Made by a program: the position numbers and the translations under genes. Of a stretch of DNA of 32,000 nucleotides, positions 10,201 to 16,726 are shown piece by piece. Within the stretch, counting starts at the first letter, position 1, and each line of letters starts with the position of its first letter. The notes under the pieces are model-generated. The model was not told the origin of the DNA, made no database searches, and saw nothing but the letters and a program-made list of their open reading frames with translations. This DNA comes from Nostoc punctiforme PCC 73102 (GTDB taxonomy: Bacteria > Cyanobacteriota > Cyanobacteriia > Cyanobacteriales > Nostocaceae), in assembly GCF_000020025.1 (NCBI RefSeq), contig NC_010628.1, positions 1 through 32,000 on the forward strand. Direction: 5' to 3'.

Positions 10201-13200
10201 TTCAATATTTTGACTTTGCCATCTTCACTTGCCGTAGCTAACATTTTGCTATCTTGGCTAAAGCTAAGGGCTGTAATTGCTTTATCATACCCTTCTATAC
10301 GGTTGATTTCTTTAATTTTATGAATTGCATTACTCAGATTTGAAATAACCTTTAGCCGAGTTTCAGGTATCACCCCTATTGATAAAAACTTTAGTTTTTT
10401 ACCTACTTTAATAGCTGATACTAGCTCTCCAAGCCCTATGTCATCTTTTGAAGAAATATCTGATGTCAGAGAAGTGTTGATGTAAGCTGCTGTAACCCCT
10501 ACTGCAATTACACTTATTGCAGTTATTAATCCTATTAATGTAACAGTTTGTTTGCGTGCAGTTCTTAGCTGTTGTGTCAAAACCTGATTAAGTTTGGCTT
10601 CGGTGAGTTTTCGTTGTTCTTTCTCCTTCTCTAACTCAGCAATTAATCGGGCTGATTGTTGTTCACGAACAAATGGTACTAAATAGTCATGAACTAATTG
10701 ATATCTATCAGCCGGAAATCCTGGTACTTGAAATACTAAGCCTGATTTCACCAGGATTTTCAAAATTAAATCTAATCTTGCAGGCTCTAATGCTAAATCT
10801 GCTTCTAATTCAGCACGATTTTTCAGAGGACGAGTATTATTTTCATCAGTTAACAAATACAAAACTAGCTTGGCGAACTGTTCGTTATTGTTACCACAGT
10901 CTTTAACTACTTCTTCTAAGAATCGCCCTACTAATTTTTCTTTAGGGCCTTGTTCTTGGTACTGAATCAAAGTTGTAATTTTCTCAGTTTGTAGTTGTGC
11001 TCCTACAACTTGTAATTCAATGGGGCGAATTTCGTTGAAATCTCTAGCTAAATCTCGTACTAGCTCATCAATTAGCGGTGGCTCTAGATAAAACTGAGAA
11101 CTTTCTGTTAAGCTTTGAATTACAGAGCGAGCATCTTCAGGCGAAAAGTTCCCTAAGTAATAAAGAATTTTTTTATCTAATATGTTGTTATCAATTGCAT
11201 CCAAATGAGTTAGGCGATTACACTCTAGTAAATAATGGAGATAATCTTCTCTAAGAGAGAGAATAATTTTTACATAAGGAATATTAAGACAATCTCGGAT
11301 AAATTCAAAAAAAGGTCTCCTTTTATCTTGGTCTTTATAAGCAAAGAAGAACTCTTCAAACTGGTCAAAAATCAGAACAGTTAACAAACCTTTCTCTATA
11401 TTTTTGTTCAACTCTTCTACAAAACCTGCCATCGAGTCTAAGAACAGAGGAAAACTTAAGCCTCTAACTTCTTCTAATGATTCTACGAAGCAAGTTCCTA
11501 AAACTTTTGTCCAATCTGTATAAACTTGCAACAGAACAGGCACGACATCACGAGCATCTATGGCTCTTTGTTTTAAAGCTGGTAATAGCCCTGCCTGAAC
11601 CAGGGAACTTTTACCTACTCCTGATTGACCATAAATGACCGTCAGTTTGTGGTCATCACGACTAATTCTTTCAATTAATCGATTCACATCTTGCATTCTT
11701 CCAGAAGCAGCAATCTCTTGGGTTACTGCTGCTTTTGGATCGGGTACTGCAAGTCCAGGATTAATAACTTGGAGTTTAGATTGTAAGCGTCCTGCGCCTA
11801 CAAAAGCTCGTAGTCCATACTGTTGCTCAATTGAACGTTGCTCTAGTTTAACTTGGAATGCTTCTAAATAGTTACCTTGGTCAAAGTAGAGCGATCGCAG
11901 TTTCGCCAAAATGCGAATATATAGTAGTGGATCGTGTTGAGGATTACTTTCAGAACGAGCGGTTTCTAAATTAGCGATCGCCTCTGGAATCTGATTGAGA
12001 TTTTGTTCAGCTTCTGCCAATAAAAGTAAGTATAAATTTTTATAAGATTTGCGTTCCCACTCCCAATTAATTATTTCTTCTGAAGAAATATTGGCATTCG
12101 TTTGTAATGCTAGTTCTGCATATTCTTTAGCCTCTACCCATTGAGATTTTTTCAGCACTACCTCAGCCATTAATCCATAACTGTAGCCAAGTCTGATTGG
12201 TTCAGGGTAAATTTGGTGTAGCTCAATAGCTACTAACGCAACTTTTTCTAACTCATCCCACGCTTCTAATCTGGTTAAAACTTCACCCCAAGCGTTAATA
12301 AATTTTGCTGCTAAATTTGGGTATTTGTGCTGCCTAAAACCCTCAACACATTTTTGAAAGTAATCTTTAGCTTTTAGACAAGCTTCGTAATATTCAGAAC
12401 GATGCAAAATCGCATACTGTTCCCACCAAAAACCAAGATGCCAAAGTAAACATCCGTAACGTTTCAAATCATCAGATGACACATTTTGTTTATTTTTGAC
12501 TTTCTTTTCCCAAACAGTTATACTTTGCTCATAATAATTTTTCGCTTCAGATTTATGTCCATTAGCATCTGCTTCCCGACCTAGCAAAAATTGTAAGCTT
12601 GCCTCTAGTTCAGGCTCTAATTTTTCTATAGATATTTGTAAATCCCTAACAGCAGATTCAATTTCCCCTAAATGGAGAATACCAAGGTCAAGATTGAGGT
12701 AAGCATTATCGAGAAACTTTCCAGCACCGACGTTAAGAATTGCTGCAAATAGGGAATTAACAATTTGGTGCAGATTGTTGATTAACTGATTCGTAGCAAT
12801 TTTAAACTTAATTGAGTTACCTGTCCAACTCTTAAAATCAGGCATCAATTGAATCAATTTTTGGAAGGTTGGATCATTTACCCAAATAACTATCGGAAAC
12901 TGGAAATTCTTACGAAATTCCTCTCTTACCTGATTTGTAGAAATTAAAAGTTGGTCAATTGCATCTACTAATTCCAAATCAAATATCATCAAAGCTTGAG
13001 GTAGTTGATTTCCCAGGTTAGCTTCAATTGTCGTGTAAAGTGTTTTGATAGATTTTGACAGATGTAGCTCTCGAATCTCAACTTGACATTCTTCTTTGAT
13101 CTGCTGCACCATCTGGTCTCGCAAACTGCAATAGTTACAACGTGCCAAAATTAACGCAAAGTGTCCCTGAGAATTTGTAATTGAGCGGATTAGTTTTTTC

Positions 13201-13253
13201 AGGGAGCGTTCATTGTAGACAACTACATCTTCAGGTTGATAAGAGTCACTCAT
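7215..13253 (-). CDS. giant STAND-class NTPase with N-terminal unknown alpha/beta module, TPR-like region, hydrophobic helix and 21 WD40 repeats
   Basis: 2012-aa uninterrupted ORF. Walker A is [22 protein letters not shown] (GQSGVGKSS = nt 11604..11630). Walker B is VLIFDQFEE (nt 11352..11378). Helical TPR-like repeats span about aa 225-470. A hydrophobic helix [22 protein letters not shown] sits at aa 903-925 (nt 10479..10547). I counted 21 WD40-like units over about aa 985-1930, plus the C-terminal tail [28 protein letters not shown] seen in cyanobacterial WD40 proteins. Confidence 0.92.
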   Translation of the reverse strand: [2012 protein letters not shown]

Positions 13254-14554
13254 AGCTTAAATTTTTTCGATTCTGCGATCGCCGGGTTAATATCAAACCA
13301 GCGTCCGTCAACATCCCGGTATTCAAATAAAAACATACTTCGTAAAAGAGTTTGGTATTCGTCCTCTCCTTTGACATTATCCCTCTGTTGCAAAACTTGT
13401 AGCAGTAGCGCCCACTCGCTATCACTAATTGCTGATACCAAATCATCCCGATACTCACGGATGACCATTTCCAGACAGTCGCGTCCAATAGGGGGGTCAT
13501 CTTCTTGTAAACAACTGTAAAGCAAAACTAACAGATTTCGCACATGTCCACCACTAACTCGGCAAAGACGATCTAAGGTTTCATCTGAATCAAAAACTTC
13601 ATTAATGTGACTCAAACGTTGTGTTTCTCCTAGCCAGGGAAACGCCCGTGCTAAAACCATTTGTTGCAGTAGCTTCATACCTTCTAGGTTGTAGGTTCCT
13701 TCACGGTTTTTGACTGTCACCATTGGTAATACTACAGGTTTTATCCCGAAACGGTTAGTAAGAGTGCTTAATTCATTGGAGAAAATTAATACTAGGGGAA
13801 TGGTATAAACCAAATGACAATTGAGTTTTTTTAACTGCTCACCCCGATCAATGAACAGATATTCTGGCTGAGAACGGCCAGAGGCTTTAGGAGAGATATC
13901 GACGCGATCGAGATTATCAATAATTACCACTAATCCCTGATAACCTTGTAGCTTCAGTTGCTCTTTGGCACGCTCTAATACCTGTTGATTAATAGCTTCT
14001 AATATGCTACTAGTCCGAGGTTCTAGGTATTGGCGCAACTGGCTGCGGAGTCTGGGACTATCTTTAGTCTTGGCAGTGACCTTACCAATTCCCAAAGGTA
14101 ATGAAAATTCAAATTCTGGAACTACTGGTGTTTGTAAAAAATCTGCAATTTCATTAAACAAATCGACAAAGTAGCTTGGTCTAAGTTTGATTTTAACCTT
14201 TTCTAAACTGGCGCTAACTTGACGAGTTATTGCTAACAAAATATCGCTGACATCCACATCTGCCATATCTAAATCAGCACTGGACTCAAAGTAAACTACA
14301 TGAAAGCCTTGCTTTTCTAATTCATCTTTGAGTCGAAATAGTTCTGTAGATTTACCACAGCCAATATGTCCAGTGAATAATTGGCAGGTTGACTCATCTG
14401 GTTGATTAGCGATCGTCCGCCGTAAACGTTGAATTACATTGCCTCCACGAACTGGTGAGAAGTCAATATAGTACTGTTGGTCTTCTTTATTCTCAATTTT
14501 TAGAGTCTTGCTGGGATTACAGGCATTAAAAAACTTAATAGGGTCTAAAGCCAT
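13250..14554 (-). CDS. stand-alone P-loop ATPase (ORC/Cdc6- or STAND-like AAA+), upstream partner of the giant WD40 protein
   Basis: 434-aa ORF. Walker A is TGHIGCGKST (nt 14345..14371) and Walker B is LVVIIDNLD (nt 13907..13933). A sensor-2-like SGGHVRNLLVLL is followed by a short C-terminal helical, possibly winged-helix, region. GAGGAA lies 7 nt before the ATG. Its TGA (13250..13252) overlaps the ATG (13251..13253) of the next gene. Confidence 0.9.
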   Translation of the reverse strand: MALDPIKFFNACNPSKTLKIENKEDQQYYIDFSPVRGGNVIQRLRRTIANQPDESTCQLFTGHIGCGKSTELFRLKDELEKQGFHVVYFESSADLDMADVDVSDILLAITRQVSASLEKVKIKLRPSYFVDLFNEIADFLQTPVVPEFEFSLPLGIGKVTAKTKDSPRLRSQLRQYLEPRTSSILEAINQQVLERAKEQLKLQGYQGLVVIIDNLDRVDISPKASGRSQPEYLFIDRGEQLKKLNCHLVYTIPLVLIFSNELSTLTNRFGIKPVVLPMVTVKNREGTYNLEGMKLLQQMVLARAFPWLGETQRLSHINEVFDSDETLDRLCRVSGGHVRNLLVLLYSCLQEDDPPIGRDCLEMVIREYRDDLVSAISDSEWALLLQVLQQRDNVKGEDEYQTLLRSMFLFEYRDVDGRWFDINPAIAESKKFKL

Positions 14555-14702
14555 TACGGTTTCCTCTTACTACTTAAAAAATAAAAGTATAAATTATTGC
14601 TTAAAATTATTAATTATAGTTTCAGTATATACTAGTACATACAGATAAAAAATCTTCGTAAAGTAGAATCTCACTTACTTAAGCAAAAATTGCTACCAAA
14701 GA

Positions 14703-14775
14703 GATAGTAGTTCCATCTTTCGCAATACAAGCGATCGCTTAAAGGAACTTGTAGCAACGCTTTAAATGGTTGGGT
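14703..14775 (+). pseudogene. orphan, diverged copy of the last ~20 codons, stop and first ~10 nt of 3' flank of the MBL-fold gene
   Basis: 14731..14775 against 7133..7177 gives 40/45 identical. In the MBL frame the copy reads DSSSIFRNTSDRLKELVATL-stop, against DGWPVFRDGRDRLEELVATL-stop in the intact gene. There is no similarity further upstream, and an in-frame TAG lies at 14664..14666. Confidence 0.7.
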
Positions 14776-14843
14776 AGTACAGCTAGCTGTGCTACCCTAC
14801 AGGAGATTGTGGTTCTGATAGATAAAAAAGGCTGTAATAAAAA

Positions 14844-14863
14844 TTGTAATATGAATATTACAA
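14844..14863. promoter_or_regulatory. perfect 20-bp palindrome TTGTAATAT-GA-ATATTACAA upstream of ribD (candidate operator)
   Basis: ttgtaatat (14844..14852) and atattacaa (14855..14863) are exact reverse complements separated by 2 nt. The site lies about 120-140 nt upstream of the candidate ribD starts. Confidence 0.3.
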
Positions 14864-14984
14864 ACTGGTGCAATTTAAAACAGCTAATAACAGCGCCTGA
14901 ATTTGACTCTGTTTAATTAATTATCAGCAGCAAAGCGCGATTCTCCTGTGGAAAGGCTGCGCGATCGCGTGCAGAATATTTACA

Positions 14985-16226
14985 GTGTTGCCGCCTAAAA
15001 TTATGGATAATTCCCCAGTGGTCGCTCAAACAGATGCATCCTTACCAAATTACACTCAGGAAAATATACATCTAGTGGAGTCAGCAGTTATAAAAGAAAA
15101 GATCGGAACTGATTTTGACTCTCGCATGATGCTGCGGTGTTTGGAACTTGCTCGCCGCGCTTTAGGACGGACTTCCCCAAATCCTTTAGTGGGAGCGGTG
15201 ATTGTCAAGGATGGCGAGATTGTCGGCGAAGGGTTTCATCCGCGTGCAGGTGAGCCTCATGCAGAAGTGTTTGCTTTGCAAGCAGCAGGCGTTGGCGCAG
15301 CCTCTCCCCAGGAGAATCGCGCTCGTGGTGCAACAATCTATGTCAACCTTGAGCCTTGCAATCATTACGGACGGACTCCCCCTTGTTCGGAAGGATTGAT
15401 CCAAGCTGGAGTAGCAAAAGTCGTAGTGGGTATGGTTGATCCCAATCCACTGGTAGCTGGAGGTGGTATTGCCCGTTTACGTGCGGCTGGGATCGAAGTG
15501 TTAGTAGGAGTAGAAGAATCAGCTTGTCATCAGCTAAATGAAGCTTTTGTACATCGCATTCTCTACAAACGACCTTTGGGAATTTTAAAATATGCCATGA
15601 CTTTAGATGGCAAAATTGCTACTACCTCTGGTCATAGCGCCTGGGTGACAAGCCAAGAGGCCCGCAGTGAAGTACATCAACTACGGGCGGCTTGCGATGC
15701 AATAATTGTCGGCGGAAATACAGTCCGACAAGATAATCCTTATTTAACCAGCCATCATCTGGAAGCACATAATCCCCTGCGGGTGGTGATGAGTCGTCAT
15801 CTCAACTTACCGGAAAGTGCCCATCTGTGGAAAACTGCGGATGCTCCAACTTTGGTGTTGACTCAAAAGGGCGCTAACCCCGATTTCCAAGAACTGTTGC
15901 TCAACCAGGGGGTGGAAATCGTGGAATTAACATCACTTACACCAGATAACGCAATGGCGTACTTATATGAGCGGGGTTTTTGTAGCGTCTTATGGGAATG
16001 TGGCGGTACCTTAGCTGCTAGTGCGATCGCTCAAGGAGCAGTGCAAAAAGTTTTGGCATTTATTGCCCCAAAAATCATTGGTGGTAGCATTGCTCCCACA
16101 CCAGTGGGCGATTTAGGTTTTACTACCATGACTGAGGCATTGTCTCTAGAACGTGTTCGTTGGCGTGTAGTAGGCTCAGACTGCTTGGTGGAGGGTTATT
16201 TTTCCCAAAAAGCCAATAGTCAATAG
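14985..16226 (+). CDS. ribD: bifunctional riboflavin biosynthesis protein RibD (pyrimidine deaminase / uracil reductase)
   Basis: The deaminase zinc motifs HAEVFAL and LEPCNHYGRTPPC are present. The reductase domain has GILKYAMTLDGKIAT and ECGGTLAAS. The ORF-track start at 14985 is GTG. The ATG at 15003 or an internal Met near MMLRCLELARRALG may be the true start. Confidence 0.93.
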   Translation: MLPPKIMDNSPVVAQTDASLPNYTQENIHLVESAVIKEKIGTDFDSRMMLRCLELARRALGRTSPNPLVGAVIVKDGEIVGEGFHPRAGEPHAEVFALQAAGVGAASPQENRARGATIYVNLEPCNHYGRTPPCSEGLIQAGVAKVVVGMVDPNPLVAGGGIARLRAAGIEVLVGVEESACHQLNEAFVHRILYKRPLGILKYAMTLDGKIATTSGHSAWVTSQEARSEVHQLRAACDAIIVGGNTVRQDNPYLTSHHLEAHNPLRVVMSRHLNLPESAHLWKTADAPTLVLTQKGANPDFQELLLNQGVEIVELTSLTPDNAMAYLYERGFCSVLWECGGTLAASAIAQGAVQKVLAFIAPKIIGGSIAPTPVGDLGFTTMTEALSLERVRWRVVGSDCLVEGYFSQKANSQ

Positions 16227-16268
16227 TAATAACACTGGATTATCAATCAATTAATCGTGATTTTGCTA

Positions 16269-16577
16269 TCATGAACACTGACGTTCATGGGCAAGATCGC
16301 GTATAAGGGCTAGCCGAGATTGAATGTAGTGGCACAGAAAGTCAGTTTCGTTAGGATCTAACAAAACTTGCGTTTCGGTTTGTTTCACTAACCACTGCAC
16401 CAAGCTAGCATCATCCAGTTGTAAGAGGAGCTTGGCTTGGGCGGTTTCAACCACTGACCAAAGCTGACGCATGATTGTAGGAGTCATCAGACCTCGATTG
16501 AATAATGAGCTATTAGCTGTCTTTAGATTACACAATTCCGATCGCAATTTACGACATGAATGTAGAAGCTGAGACAA
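16269..16577 (-). CDS. hypothetical small protein
   Basis: 102-aa ORF with no motif I recognise. The real start could be an internal Met (MTPTIMRQLW). Coding status rests only on ORF length and its position between genes. Confidence 0.45.
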   Translation of the reverse strand: MSQLLHSCRKLRSELCNLKTANSSLFNRGLMTPTIMRQLWSVVETAQAKLLLQLDDASLVQWLVKQTETQVLLDPNETDFLCHYIQSRLALIRDLAHERQCS

Positions 16578-16726
16578 GTATTATTAAAAACTTAATAATG
16601 GTATTTATAACTTTATGAAGTTTAAGAATTGGAAACTCAGTTTGAAAATCCCAATTTATTATATTTAGGCATTGGGTATGGCAAATACAGATTTTTCTGC
16701 ATCTTAGCCTACACAGTCAATTAAAG

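Noticed and set aside
7713-11871. Plus-strand ORFs of 67-116 aa inside the giant gene (7713..7916, 8971..9198, 9817..10167, 10673..10906, 11635..11871)
   Set aside because: All are antisense to a continuous 2012-aa ORF with clear domain content. Their products are low-complexity L/S/F-rich, as expected from the complement of N/K/E-rich coding DNA. I treat them as shadow ORFs.
13236-13520. ORFs 13236..13520 (+) and 13246..13500 (-) at the junction of the ATPase and giant genes
   Set aside because: Both lie within the 3' part of the 434-aa ATPase ORF in other frames or on the other strand. They have no motifs and no room for separate expression signals.
7168-14702. Integrase, transposase or terminal inverted repeats that would explain mobility of the two-gene cassette
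   Set aside because: I looked on both strands. The whole interval is filled by the two long ORFs plus short AT-rich spacers, and no recombinase-like ORF or inverted terminal repeats were seen. The insertion mechanism stays unknown and the cassette is not called a defined mobile element.
14844-14863. NtcA binding site interpretation of the TGTA...TACA dyad
   Set aside because: The canonical NtcA site is GTA-N8-TAC, whereas here the spacing is GTA-N10-TAC. There is no appropriately placed -10 box that I can verify. I keep it only as a generic palindrome.
14985-15002. GTG at 14985 as the definitive ribD start
   Set aside because: The first ~45 residues are not part of the conserved deaminase fold. 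The ATG at 15003 or a later Met is equally or more plausible. I keep the ORF-track coordinates but flag the uncertainty.
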